This document shows, piece after piece, positions 41,329 to 51,738 of a DNA stretch of 64,000 bases. Numbering within the stretch: position 1 is the first letter of the stretch; each line of letters starts with the position of its first letter. A model generated the notes under the pieces. It was given only the letters and a program-made list of their open reading frames with translations, ran no database searches and had not been told where the DNA came from. Origin of the DNA: an archaeon (GTDB lineage: Archaea > EX4484-52 > WAPT01); NCBI GenBank assembly GCA_029258795.1, contig JAPDKB010000008.1, forward strand, positions 2,955-66,954, in the 5' to 3' direction. Position numbers and translations under genes: made by a program.

Positions 41329-43092
41329 TTATTTCCCGATCTTCTTCCTCGCTCCAGTCACCAGATCAACCAGCTCCTCATCCGCTATGACGTAAGGATA
41401 GTACACGAGCTGGACGCTGTCCACCTTGCCCAGTAACCGCCTTGCGAGCTGCGCTGCCTGCTCGTGACTTATCTCAGCTTTTATCACCCTCCCCGCTATC
41501 TCCTCCATGCCGTACTCTATGCTCATCTCAGCTATGCTTCCATTTCCATTTTGCTCCCTAACCACGTTTCCGTCGAAGAAAAGGAACTTGCCCTGTACAG
41601 CATCCATCACGTAGCGCTTACCTGCAACATTGAAAACCCAGCACGGATAATAAACCTTGCTTCCCGCGGGTACAGCACTTACGGGTTTGAGAGGCAGAAA
41701 TACTGGAATTTCGTTTTCCCTCTGCTCCGTAACATCCTGCGTTACACCGCCGTGCTTGCTCCTTCTCACTCTTATCTTTACTATGATGGGGAATTCCTGC
41801 CCTATTATCAATGCCGTGCCGGTGTTCAGATTCTTTATCTCCTTCTCGAGCTCAGCACTCAGCCCTTCGGCATAGCTCACAGCTTTCAAGTCGTTTGGGT
41901 TCATCATCCTCAGTATTATCTGTGTGTTGCACTGGCTCAGCACGTTCTTGTCTATCCTTGCAGGCCTCTGGCTTATCACACACAAGCCAAGCCCGAACTT
42001 CCTGCCCTCTGAAGCCACGTTTTTGATTATCTTCGCGCTTATCTTTGCCTCGCTCTGCGGAATGAAGTTGTGAGCTTCCTCTATAACCAGAAAGCAGGGA
42101 TTTATCATGCCTATCTTCCTTGCTTCGAAAATCTTCTCCACGATCTTGTAAACAACATAGGCCTGCACTTCCTGGCTCACGCCACGAAGGTTTATCACCG
42201 TTATCTTGCCCGGCACAACCAGCTTTGTTACGGGTGTTGCCTCCTCGCTGAATATCTTCATGTCCTTCAGCATCTCAAGCATGTTTATCACATTCCATTT
42301 ACTCTGGCTCTGACTCTGCTCTATTTCAGCTATCACATCCTCAAGCGTGTACTTCTTTTTGGTTGACTTAACGCGCTTGAACGCAGCGTAGAGCAGGGCG
42401 AGCTGTGATGCTGTGGGTTTGGACGGGAAGAGCATGCCTATCTCCCTCGGATCTATTTCATCGTAGCCAAAGCTCAGCTGCATCGCTCCGGGATTAACGC
42501 GGGGATCAGGGCTGTAGTGCTGCACCTCGTAACCCTTCGGCTGAATTCCGAACTTGCGGAATGCTTCAGCATCCTTAACGTCGTTCGGGAAGCGCATGGA
42601 GATGTACTCGCCATGCGGATCTATCACAACAACAGGAATCCTCCTTTCGGCTATCTCCTCCAGCAATACACCGACGGTGTATGACTTGCCCGAGCCCGTG
42701 GCAGCAAGCACAGCAACATGCTTTGAGATCAGCTCCTGTGGATCAAGAAAGACCTTCACATCCTCATTGGCTTCAAGCACGCCTATGTAAAGCCCGTCTT
42801 TCTTGAGATTGAGCACCTCACTTATTATCTTCCTGTCAGCTTTGTACACCAGACTGTTCGGCTTTATGGGAACCTTCGGAATTTTTAGAATGCCATTCTC
42901 CCTGTAACCTATTATTCTCGCTTTGCACACCATCTTGCCGTCAGGATGCATCTCCACATCCTCAACCCTGCAGAGAAGCCAGTTGTCATCTGCACTCTTC
43001 ACAGTAACGAAATCCATTCTGTTCACTTCCTTGTACGCACGGAAGTGAAAGCTCTTCGTCCCGGTTTTGCCGAAGACCTCTCCAACCAGCAT
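41329..43092 (-). CDS. HerA-like (DUF87) ATPase with C-terminal extension
   Basis: HAS barrel, Walker A ATGSGKS, IDPHGEY, EEAHNF, EGRKFG, SQRP. Confidence 0.88.
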   Translation of the reverse strand: MLVGEVFGKTGTKSFHFRAYKEVNRMDFVTVKSADDNWLLCRVEDVEMHPDGKMVCKARIIGYRENGILKIPKVPIKPNSLVYKADRKIISEVLNLKKDGLYIGVLEANEDVKVFLDPQELISKHVAVLAATGSGKSYTVGVLLEEIAERRIPVVVIDPHGEYISMRFPNDVKDAEAFRKFGIQPKGYEVQHYSPDPRVNPGAMQLSFGYDEIDPREIGMLFPSKPTASQLALLYAAFKRVKSTKKKYTLEDVIAEIEQSQSQSKWNVINMLEMLKDMKIFSEEATPVTKLVVPGKITVINLRGVSQEVQAYVVYKIVEKIFEARKIGMINPCFLVIEEAHNFIPQSEAKISAKIIKNVASEGRKFGLGLCVISQRPARIDKNVLSQCNTQIILRMMNPNDLKAVSYAEGLSAELEKEIKNLNTGTALIIGQEFPIIVKIRVRRSKHGGVTQDVTEQRENEIPVFLPLKPVSAVPAGSKVYYPCWVFNVAGKRYVMDAVQGKFLFFDGNVVREQNGNGSIAEMSIEYGMEEIAGRVIKAEISHEQAAQLARRLLGKVDSVQLVYYPYVIADEELVDLVTGARKKIGK

Positions 43093-43157
43093 GAGAACCG
43101 TATGGGAATTTAATGGCTGAAATTATTTTAAGTTTCCCTGAAACAACTTCCAGTTTA

Positions 43158-43173
43158 AGGGATGTTTTTCCCG
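43158..43173. repeat. GGA-N6-TCC palindromic site (variant)
   Basis: AGGGATGTTTTTCCCG upstream of tRNA-Pro copy 1. Confidence 0.5.
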
Positions 43174-43285
43174 AATAAAAAATTTTATCCTATACTATTA
43201 CCATACTCTTTCGGAATTTCCGTGGAGTAAAACCCCACTATTTTAAAAAATTTCACGTTCAGAATTCCTTGCGTTCATGGATATT

Positions 43286-43410
43286 GGGGCCGTGGTGTAG
43301 CTTGGTTATCATTCCGGCTTTGGGAGCCGGCGACCCCGGTTCAAATGCCATGGAGCAAGCTCCTTGCATTTCTAGCTGCTCCGCGGCTGAAAATCCGGGC
43401 GGCCCCACCA
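43286..43410 (+). tRNA. tRNA-Pro(TGG) copy 1 with 48-nt T-loop intron (43346-43393)
   Basis: GGGGCCG acceptor, CCGGC-TT-TGG-GA-GCCGG, BHB TTCA/TGAA with AAT bulges, ACCA end. Confidence 0.93.
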
Positions 43411-43716
43411 GAGCCGGAGAGAATTGAATCTACTTTTAGAATCCTATGTGTCCCGAGAAATCTATTTTTGTTTTGGGTTCTCTGTACTGGACAATTTAGT
43501 GTATTGCCCAATTATTTAAAAGTGTTTTGTGGAGTGCCATCATCATTAACAACTTCCGTAAATTATATAAGTATTGCTGATTTAGGAGATGTTCATCAAA
43601 AAATATCTGCGTCTTTTTCTTGGGCGGGACAGAAGTTGTGGTTTATCTAGTTTTTAGTATGGGTCTGTATTGTCCCGCTCCTCCCTTCAAGGAGAAGGGG
43701 TTTTGGAGGTGAGAAG

Positions 43717-44118
43717 TTGAGAGATTGGATCGATGTTGTTGTAAAATGGGGGTTGGAGGATGCGCAATACCTTATGAAAAAGGCAAGAGTCGAAATGTCG
43801 TGGGATGGAGAAGATACGGAGATGCAGCGCAAAATAACTGGCAGTATAAGAAAAGAATTTAACGCCGCTCTCCAAGAAATAAAGAAGCAAAACGGTCTTT
43901 TGGGTAGCGAGGGCGAGATTGATACGCTCGAAATAAATTTAATACGCAAAATAGCTTGTAGGCACTGGCTGCAGGAATTGAAATCAATAGCGGAGCGCCG
44001 CAAGGTTCTGGGTGCTTCAAAGAAGATAAACGAGGCAATAAAAGAGGTGGAGAAGGAGATCAAGAATCTTCTGGAAGAAGCAGAACATATCTACATGAAC
44101 AACAGCGCACTTTCTTAA
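43717..44118 (+). CDS. Orphan helical protein
   Basis: GGAGGTGA RBS plus TTG start; preceded by TGTCCCGCTCCTCC leader. Confidence 0.65.
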   Translation: MRDWIDVVVKWGLEDAQYLMKKARVEMSWDGEDTEMQRKITGSIRKEFNAALQEIKKQNGLLGSEGEIDTLEINLIRKIACRHWLQELKSIAERRKVLGASKKINEAIKEVEKEIKNLLEEAEHIYMNNSALS

Positions 44119-44257
44119 TTTTTTAGAAAAAGTGGGGGTGGTAGGAATGCGTGTATCCAATATTATTAGCAAGATTGTGCTGATAATAATAATTGTGCTT
44201 GCAATGTTTGGAGCGTATAATATAATCAAGATATTCATCTTATTTTTTGTTTATTTT

Positions 44258-44273
44258 TGGGAAATTTATCCAA
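44258..44273. repeat. GGA-N6-TCC palindromic site
   Basis: TGGGAAATTTATCCAA after a T-tract. Confidence 0.75.
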
Positions 44274-44286
44274 CAAAAAACCTGAG

Positions 44287-45306
44287 TTAACATATTCTTG
44301 GCACCATGCTACCATAAGGCATCTGGAGAATGCGTTTTCCCCCTATAGTGGTTTGGATTACAACCTCCTCGTGCTCTTCGGTTGTGTAACCGGCTATGGC
44401 AGCATTTTTCTCGCCAGCTTTGTGCAGTGCTTGAAGCACATCCTCCGCTTTTTCCTTCACCACCGTCATCACAACCACTCCTTCATTCGCCATGGAGAAC
44501 GGATCAAGCCCCAGCACCTCGCAGAAGTTCCTTACCTCTTGCCTTATGGGGATTTTGCTCTCCTCAATCACCATACCAACATTGCTCTGCTCGGCTATCT
44601 CGTTAAGGGCTGCTGCGATTCCTCCCCGCGTCGCATCCTTCATGGAAGTTATTCCTCCTTCTTCCATCGCCCTTCTGACAAAATGCCAGACATGCTTGCA
44701 ATCCGAGCTGGCTTCCAGCTCAAAATCAAGATTTTCTCTTGCAAGTAGCACTGCTACGCTGTGCTCTGCTATGTTGCTAGTTATTATCACCGCTTCACCT
44801 TTACAAGCGCCGCAATTTCTGATCCAAGAATGCGGATATTGCCTGTAACTTCTCACCACCTCCAGATTGTGCTCAAGCCACTCGTTTCTCTTTCCAATAC
44901 ATGCTGTGTTTATGATCATCTCAAAATCTCCCTTCATGGTTTTGGTGTCTCCCCCCAAAAGCTCAGCATCTATCTCTTTCATGTATTGCGAGATATCTGA
45001 AATAACTTGCAAAAACTTGTCCTTCTCGAGTTCCTCATTCATGACGAGAGAAAGTAGAAAAGATGAGGGCTGCGCACCCATAACAGCAACATCATTTGCT
45101 GACCCGCAGATCGCAAGTTTTCCGATGGTACCGCCGGGAAATATTATTGGTTCAATAGTATGGCTGTCCGTAGTTATCACCATCTCGTCTGAGATAATAG
45201 CAGCATCCTCTCTGCTCTTCACATCAATTTTTGAGAACACGAATTTCTCCAGGAACTCCATCATTTTCTTACCGCCATCTCCTACATCCCCTACGCGCTC
45301 ATCCAT
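44287..45306 (-). CDS. hypE: Hydrogenase maturation carbamoyl dehydratase
   Basis: TTDSHT, GGDTK, MKDATRGG, ANEG, C-terminal PRIC. Confidence 0.95.
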   Translation of the reverse strand: MDERVGDVGDGGKKMMEFLEKFVFSKIDVKSREDAAIISDEMVITTDSHTIEPIIFPGGTIGKLAICGSANDVAVMGAQPSSFLLSLVMNEELEKDKFLQVISDISQYMKEIDAELLGGDTKTMKGDFEMIINTACIGKRNEWLEHNLEVVRSYRQYPHSWIRNCGACKGEAVIITSNIAEHSVAVLLARENLDFELEASSDCKHVWHFVRRAMEEGGITSMKDATRGGIAAALNEIAEQSNVGMVIEESKIPIRQEVRNFCEVLGLDPFSMANEGVVVMTVVKEKAEDVLQALHKAGEKNAAIAGYTTEEHEEVVIQTTIGGKRILQMPYGSMVPRIC

Positions 45307-47629
45307 CAATCTCACCCAAAAACTTTGTGAGGTACGCCTGTCCTAAACTTATTCCGTTATCTCCAACAGGCACTTCACTTGGAAGCACAACGTTGATTCC
45401 ATGGTTCTGACAGATTTCCATAACCTTGCCAACAAAAATGGGGTTGACCATCACACCGCCCGAAAGCACAACATCACACCCTTTTTTCCTTGCGTAATAA
45501 CATGCTATTTCTGCCATTCCCGAAGCAAGGCATTCTATGGCTTCTCTCGCAACCTCTGCTCTGCTTACAACACCATCTTTTATTTTTTCATAACCTTCTT
45601 TTACGAAATTAGAAATTAAAAGTTCTTTAACCGTACCAGATTTAAATGGCAAGTTTTCCCCTCCGTAAGGCGCGGGATAAACGCTCTTTTCTTCCTTTAT
45701 CCTGAACGAAGGATAAAGCTCAATCTCCTTTTCCCATTGTGCTGCAAGCGCCTCAAGCTTCATAGCTCCCTCTCCCTCATACGTCATTCTTGAATGGATA
45801 CCAAGAAGATTAGCTATCCCATCAAAGAATCTTCCAGCTGATGTGCAGGATATTGTGTTTATGCCTTCCCTCAGCGCTCTCGCTATAAGCTCAAACTCTC
45901 TATTCTTGTTTTGCTCACCGATTTCATCCTCAAGCACTCCTGCAAGATGGAGCAAGGAAAGTTTTATTTTCTCCGGATTTAATGTTGATGCATCACCCCC
46001 TACCAGCTCAAACGGCTGGAGATGCCCTATTCTCCTGAACTCATTTTTGGTTAAATCAAGATAAAGTGCTTCGCACCCCCACACCGCTCCATCAAATCCA
46101 TATCCTGTGCCATCGCAGCAGACTGCAACCGCTCTTTCCATCTTTTTCTCCATCATCGCCGCGAGAGCATGGGAAAAGTGATGCTGCACTCTGTAAAGCT
46201 TTGCGTTCATTCTTTCCGCTAGCTTTTCAGCAAAGAAAGTTGTGTTGTAAGCAGGATTCAGATCGCAGAGAACAGCATCCAGCTTTTTCACATCAAGCCA
46301 GTCGAGGAAACGGTGCACCACCTGTTTGAAGTGTGTGCTATATGTCTGGAAGTTGGAAGTATCACCAACGTACTGGCTGGGATAAACTACGCCATTTTTA
46401 ACCACACAGATGGAGTTGTAGAGCTCGGCCCCCACACAAACCGCCGCCAGTTTTGCTCCAATTCTGAAGCTTGCCGGAATGAAACCCCTCGACCTTCTGA
46501 TGAAGACAGGATTGCCATCGACAACTCTCATCACAGAGTCATCGCACCTGTTCTCAATTTTCAAGTTGTGGATAAGGTAAGCGTCAGCTTCCATTTTCTC
46601 CATTACACTCTCATCTGTGAACATAGGCATGCCCGGCAGGTTTGCTGAGGTCATGATGATAGCATTGCAATTCATGTGGTTGAAAAGAATGTGATGCAGA
46701 GCTGAATAAGGAAGCATGATTCCAAGCGTGTGGAGGGAAGGTGCCACCTCGTTCAGCAAGTCCCGCTTTTTCTTCCGAAGGATCACGATGGGTCTTGCAC
46801 GAGATAGCAGTACTCTTTCCTCTTCCATGGTGATTTCACAAAGATTCCTCGCAACCCTCAAATCTCTCACCATTACGGCAAAGGGCTGCTGCTCCCTGCG
46901 CAGCATTTCTCTCATGCGCCTGACCGCATTTTCGTTGAAAGCGTCACATGCCAAATGGTAGCCGCCCCACCCCTTGATTGCGATTATGGCTCCACCCTCA
47001 ATCATGCGTGCTGCCAGTTTTACCGCTTCTAGATTCCTTGCGATTGCAACACCTTCTTTGTAAAGAATGTAAGATGGTCCGCATGCAGGACAGCACGTGG
47101 TTTGGGCATGGTATCTTCTGGATTCCACACTCTCATACTCATGCTTGCATTTTTCGCAGAGAGGGAAGGAAGCGAATGAGGTATAATCTCTGTCAAACGG
47201 AAATCCCTTGAAAATCGTGAAGCGCGGGCCGCAAGCAGTACATGATGTGAATGGATACATGTACCTCCTGTCATTTTCATCCATCACTTCATTAAGGCAT
47301 TCATCGCAGATTGCACTGTCAGGAGGGGGGAAGCTGATTTCAGACGAGACTCGGGATGATGAGCTCGCCCTTATCTCAAAAATCTCGGGAAGCTCCTCAT
47401 TAACTCCCGCTTTTTCCACAACAACTTCATCTATCGATGCTATGGGTGGGAGCTCCTGTCTAACTCTTTTTATCAGCTCTTCGGGATTTCTATCCACAGC
47501 TATTTCAACCTCTCCTCCTCCCAGATTTTTCACATAGCCGCAGAACTTCATCTCCCTCGCTATTCTGCATACCGTAGGTCTGAATCCAACTCCCTGCACC
47601 TTGCCACGCACAATCACTCTATACATCAT
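45299..47629 (-). CDS. hypF: Hydrogenase maturation carbamoyltransferase
   Basis: GKVQGVGFRP, Zn fingers, TSAN, QHHFSH, DGTGYG, DNGISLGQ. Confidence 0.96.
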   Translation of the reverse strand: MMYRVIVRGKVQGVGFRPTVCRIAREMKFCGYVKNLGGGEVEIAVDRNPEELIKRVRQELPPIASIDEVVVEKAGVNEELPEIFEIRASSSSRVSSEISFPPPDSAICDECLNEVMDENDRRYMYPFTSCTACGPRFTIFKGFPFDRDYTSFASFPLCEKCKHEYESVESRRYHAQTTCCPACGPSYILYKEGVAIARNLEAVKLAARMIEGGAIIAIKGWGGYHLACDAFNENAVRRMREMLRREQQPFAVMVRDLRVARNLCEITMEEERVLLSRARPIVILRKKKRDLLNEVAPSLHTLGIMLPYSALHHILFNHMNCNAIIMTSANLPGMPMFTDESVMEKMEADAYLIHNLKIENRCDDSVMRVVDGNPVFIRRSRGFIPASFRIGAKLAAVCVGAELYNSICVVKNGVVYPSQYVGDTSNFQTYSTHFKQVVHRFLDWLDVKKLDAVLCDLNPAYNTTFFAEKLAERMNAKLYRVQHHFSHALAAMMEKKMERAVAVCCDGTGYGFDGAVWGCEALYLDLTKNEFRRIGHLQPFELVGGDASTLNPEKIKLSLLHLAGVLEDEIGEQNKNREFELIARALREGINTISCTSAGRFFDGIANLLGIHSRMTYEGEGAMKLEALAAQWEKEIELYPSFRIKEEKSVYPAPYGGENLPFKSGTVKELLISNFVKEGYEKIKDGVVSRAEVAREAIECLASGMAEIACYYARKKGCDVVLSGGVMVNPIFVGKVMEICQNHGINVVLPSEVPVGDNGISLGQAYLTKFLGEIDG

Positions 47630-47663
47630 TATTTGAACTTTAGCTTGGAAGAAATTAATAGGT

Positions 47664-47846
47664 ATGTGCATAGGTGTGCGTGGCAGGATTTTGGAAAAAG
47701 AAGGGAATCAGGCTATTGTGGATTTTGGAGGAGTTAAAAGGAAAATCAGAGTTGATTTGACCCCGGAAGTTAGGGTTGGGGATGTTGTGATGGTGCATGC
47801 CGGTTTTTCTATAGCGGTTGTTAGAGATGGTGGGAATGGAGCGTGA
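47664..47846 (+). CDS. hypC: Hydrogenase assembly chaperone HypC (short form)
   Basis: MCIG N-terminus, VDFGGV, VMVHAGFSI. Confidence 0.9.
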   Translation: MCIGVRGRILEKEGNQAIVDFGGVKRKIRVDLTPEVRVGDVVMVHAGFSIAVVRDGGNGA

Positions 47847-48909
47847 TGCTGAGTTGTGGATTGGAAAAATAAAGGAACTTGCTTCAGAGATAGATAGGGA
47901 AATTGCCATCCTCACGCTCTGTGGTACTCATGAAAACACGGTGGCTAGAGCAGGTATAAGAAGCTTGATGCCTGAAAACGTAAAGCTCGTGCCCGGACCG
48001 GGCTGTCCCGTGTGTGTCATCGTTGATGAAGAAATTGCGAAATTTATGCATTTTCTTGAAAATGTTGATAGCATAGTCACATGCTTTGGGGATGTGGCGA
48101 AGCTTCCTTACAGGGGCAGATCCCTAAAAAGCGTTAATGGCAAAGGCAAACTGCATGTTGTTTACAGTGTTTTTGACGCCCTAAAGCTTGCAGAAAAAGT
48201 TTCAAAGCCAGTGGTTCATCTTGCAATCGGATTTGAGACCACGATGCCATCAACCGCTCTGGCTTTGCTTGATGCTCCGGAGAATTTTTACGTTCTCAAC
48301 GCTCACAGATTTTTTATTCCAGCCATTTCTGCCTTGCTGAGCAGAACAGCACGCAGAGTTGATGCTCTCATCAACCCCGGACACGTGTCTGCAATAGTGG
48401 GTGTTATACCTTACAGAGAAGTTGTGAAGAAGTTTCAAGTTCCCCAAGTTATATCCGGATTTGAGCCATTAGATGTGGTTGAGTCCATAGCTTTGCTGCT
48501 TGAGATGTTAAAGGAAGGAAAGGCTGAAGTTATCAACCAGTATCACAGGGTTGTGAAGGAAGAGGGTAATGAGGAAGCTCTGAAACTATTAGATCAGGTG
48601 TTTACGAGAGATGATGTGGAATGGAGGGGGCTCAGGGTGATAGAGAAGAGCAAGCCCGCTTTAAAGAAAGAATTTGAGGAGAAGGATGCTGAAAAAGCTT
48701 TTGAAGACGTGTTTGATGATTTTGAATTTGAAGAGGATGAAAGGAAGAAAGCATGCAGGTGTGGAGATGTGCTGCTTGCCAACATAACCCCGCACGAGTG
48801 TCCTCTTTTCGGAAAGGTATGCGCACCATCCAATCCTATCGGACCGTGCATGGTCAGCATAGAGGGAGCGTGCAACATATGGTACGGGCTTGCTAGCAGA
48901 AAGTGGTGA
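47827..48909 (+). CDS. hypD: Hydrogenase formation protein HypD
   Basis: CGTHE, GPGCPVC, GFETT, PGHVS, PIGPCMVSIEGAC. Confidence 0.96.
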   Translation: MVGMERDAELWIGKIKELASEIDREIAILTLCGTHENTVARAGIRSLMPENVKLVPGPGCPVCVIVDEEIAKFMHFLENVDSIVTCFGDVAKLPYRGRSLKSVNGKGKLHVVYSVFDALKLAEKVSKPVVHLAIGFETTMPSTALALLDAPENFYVLNAHRFFIPAISALLSRTARRVDALINPGHVSAIVGVIPYREVVKKFQVPQVISGFEPLDVVESIALLLEMLKEGKAEVINQYHRVVKEEGNEEALKLLDQVFTRDDVEWRGLRVIEKSKPALKKEFEEKDAEKAFEDVFDDFEFEEDERKKACRCGDVLLANITPHECPLFGKVCAPSNPIGPCMVSIEGACNIWYGLASRKW

Positions 48910-49141
48910 AAACGTAACAAATTCAATTTGTATATGGTTTAGTGTGATTGTAGTCCATTCGTCTATTTTTGAGAATGAATATTAGGAGGTAAATTGATAA
49001 CCCATACCTAGATACGGTGGTTCTCTGAAGAGGGACTCTAATAGTTAAGATGAGTCGCTGATACAACTAAATCTTTTTAAAAATTCTACCTGACAGAAAA
49101 ATTCTTACACTCAAAGGCATGGGTTAGCCTTGGGTTGTGAA

Positions 49142-49260
49142 GGGGCCGTGGTGTAGCTTGGTCATCATTCCGGCTTTGGGAGCCGGCGACCCCGGTTCAA
49201 ATGCTGCAGCCCACAAACTAATCCTACAAGTTGCGGCTGAAAATCCGGGCGGCCCCACCA
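49142..49260 (+). tRNA. tRNA-Pro(TGG) copy 2 with 42-nt T-loop intron (49202-49243)
   Basis: Exons match copy 1 except one D-loop base; different intron core; ACCA end. Confidence 0.93.
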
Positions 49261-49662
49261 GAGCCGGAGAGAATTGAATCTATTTCTTTGATGATCTGGT
49301 GTCCCGAGAAAACAAAACTCACACTCCTACTTGTCCTTTGGGATGAGTTTAAAGTATTCTCAAAATATTTTGAAACTTGTTTAAACATTTGTAGGGGTTC
49401 TTTGACCAAAAACTATATAACCATTAAAAACAAAGACACTGTTAGCCCGAAACGAATGAGCTCAAAAGAGCAAACTTGGGACAGGCATGCGTTTTCTTTA
49501 GAGCGTAGTATGGTGCATGTGTTCGCTCCTCCCTTCACTTCTCCCCTCGAGGGAGGAGCGAGTTGATTGGCGAGAGGGCAATGAGAAAAGCTGCTGGATA
49601 GCCATACGTGCTTGAGGTGTCTATGGCGGGAAAAGAGGTTGTGGTTAAGGAGGTGAGGTGAG

Positions 49663-50016
49663 ATGGGAGTAAAGGAAGTGGTTGATGATACAGATACCTC
49701 GAAGGAAGTGCTCAGAAAGGTTATTCTGGAGGAACTAGCAGATATAAAAAGAAGACTGGACAAACTAGATAAACTAGATGATATTGAGAGGAGAATCGAT
49801 GATATTGAAGAGAGACTGAATAAGATAGAGAAAAGTGTAAGAAGACTTAATTGGCGTGTGGGGGAGTTAGAAGAGGAAGTCGATTCCTTAAGACGTCGCT
49901 TAAGTGGGCGCCCCATTATCTTTGATGATGACAAGGTTCCGGTGATCGAACCAACGCCTGCATTGGGCGGCATAATGAGCTGCGAGTGGGACAGATCCGG
50001 ACAGAGCCTTGATTGA
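49663..50016 (+). CDS. Orphan coiled-coil protein
   Basis: GGAGGTGAGGTGA RBS; heptad repeats (LDKLDKLDDIERRIDDIEERL). Confidence 0.65.
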   Translation: MGVKEVVDDTDTSKEVLRKVILEELADIKRRLDKLDKLDDIERRIDDIEERLNKIEKSVRRLNWRVGELEEEVDSLRRRLSGRPIIFDDDKVPVIEPTPALGGIMSCEWDRSGQSLD

Positions 50017-50293
50017 TTAACTTCGAACTAAAGCATATCCTAAAATTTACGCGAATGCAACATTCTCTTAATTTTTTTCGAAATGACGTGACTGCGGAAT
50101 TTTCCCTGACTAGAAAAGTATATAAGTGTTAAGGATTAAAGATGACTCTGTTCAAAAAAACGAGTTCTTTATATTTGGTGTTGAAGCTTGGACGTGTTGG
50201 ACATGTTGGTGTTTTTTCTACTCGAACATATGATCTCCTGTGTCCCGCTCCTCCAGTCAGGGAGGAGGGAACAGGAGGTGAGGAGGTGGGGTT

Positions 50294-50656
50294 ATGAAGG
50301 ATTTGGAATGGTTGATTGAAGTGACACAGCGAGAGCGTGAAAGGCAGTAGAAGTTACAGAATATGGAATTTATGAAGGTATTCAAGGAGATTGAGGAACT
50401 CGAGAGACAAAAGGAAGAGTATCGTAGTAAGGTTGAGGAAGTTGAGAAGCAGATACAAGAATTGGGGTCACGATTGAGATGTGCAGATGTGGATGAGAAA
50501 TTTAGTTATTCGGTTGAGATTCGTAAAGATGTGGTAGTGTTCAGAGTGAGACGCCGAAGAGATATGAGTGTTGAGGGTCAGGTAGAGATTCCACATGATA
50601 TGTTGCAAGGGTTTGTGGATTGGTTGAGACGGAAAGGTGTGATAGATGTGAGGTGA
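50294..50656 (+). pseudogene. Orphan coiled-coil protein with in-frame TAG at 50348-50350
   Basis: Strong RBS then ATG 50294 (MKDLEWLIEVTQRERERQ*KLQNMEF...), in frame with ORF 50363..50656. Confidence 0.55.
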
Positions 50657-50660
50657 TGAA

Positions 50661-51043
50661 ATGCAGTATGAGGTGATCGGTGAGTGGGAGGCAGTGACCT
50701 TTCAGAGACAAAGGACCGAATAACAGAGATTCTGAAAAAGAGAGGCGTTGGGTATGGTGACGAGGGCGGGTAACAGTAGTATGTTGGGACGTGAGGGTGA
50801 AATCGATGTCCTTGAGACAGATGATCTGATGCAAAAGAAAGCTCTAGTATGCTGGCTAGAGAAAATGATGCTAATCGCACTTTGGCACTCCAACGATCTT
50901 ACAACAAGCGTTCTCAAAAAATAGAAGAGATGGAGATAATAAAAGAGAAAGGCAAGACAACGTCCAAAGAGATTCTAGAGATCATAGATCAAATAGAACA
51001 ATTACTAGAGGTATTAAAACAAAAGGTTTCTAGTTCTTCTTAA
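50661..51043 (+). pseudogene. Decayed orphan gene with several frameshifts
   Basis: GAGGTGA RBS plus ATG 50661; coding-like fragments in alternating frames ending in ORF 50849..51043. Confidence 0.4.
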
Positions 51044-51084
51044 TTTTTTTGTATTTTGTAAGTTGGGTTTTATTTTTCGATTTA

Positions 51085-51100
51085 TGGGAAAATTATCCAA
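51085..51100. repeat. GGA-N6-TCC palindromic site
   Basis: TGGGAAAATTATCCAA. Confidence 0.72.
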
Positions 51101-51266
51101 TTAAGTGGATTGTATCGTGTGTTGTGAGAAGGTTAGTCGAAATGAGAGATGAGTGTTGTCACGTTGGTGTGCTCAACGTAACAACAATAATCTATATAAA
51201 GATTTTTTCGCTCACAATATATCAACATATCACACGTGAGCTCCGCCCAGAAAAAGATGAAGGTGA

Positions 51267-51431
51267 GTGAACTTGGTCATATACGTTAAGGTGATATGCC
51301 CGAAATGCGGCGGCACCTTTGAATGGAAATGGGGTCGTCAAAAAGGCGTGTGCGATATATGTGAGGCGGAGCTCACGATAAGGGATGTCAAGCTTGCCAA
51401 AGGCGAGATTTTGAAGCTATTGCAAGGTTGA
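51267..51431 (+). CDS. Small Zn-ribbon protein, 54 aa
   Basis: Manual translation: ...VICPKCGGTFEWKWGRQKGVCDICEAEL...; upstream AGGTGA. Confidence 0.55.
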   Translation: MNLVIYVKVICPKCGGTFEWKWGRQKGVCDICEAELTIRDVKLAKGEILKLLQG

Positions 51432-51519
51432 TGAGATTTCTTGCAAAAACTGAAATTGGTTGTTGAAGTCATTGAAATTAATGTGTTTCGTGGATATTGG
51501 AAGCAAGCCAACACATTCT

Positions 51520-51726
51520 TCAAAAATCGTATCTTGGATCTCTCCCCCATCCACGGTACATTATACCTTCTATGTATACTCTAGGCGGAACGCTGCCTTC
51601 GAGGGGACCTTTAAGTAATTCTGCTCTTGAAAAAGCTGCATCTAAAGCCGCTTCCTCAGTAATGGGTCCACATATATTTTTCGCCCTTTCAAATACGTAG
51701 CTTTCCCTTCCAAACATTTTCAACAC
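51520..51726 (-). CDS. Small hypothetical protein
   Basis: GGGGTG RBS-like sequence; follows ORF 51739..52107. Confidence 0.35.
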   Translation of the reverse strand: MLKMFGRESYVFERAKNICGPITEEAALDAAFSRAELLKGPLEGSVPPRVYIEGIMYRGWGRDPRYDF

Positions 51727-51738
51727 CCCCGTTGAAAT

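Noticed and set aside
43345-43650. ORFs 43345..43650 and 49231..49566 sharing RLKIRAAPPEPERIES
   Set aside because: Artefact of translating the duplicated tRNA-Pro 3' ends
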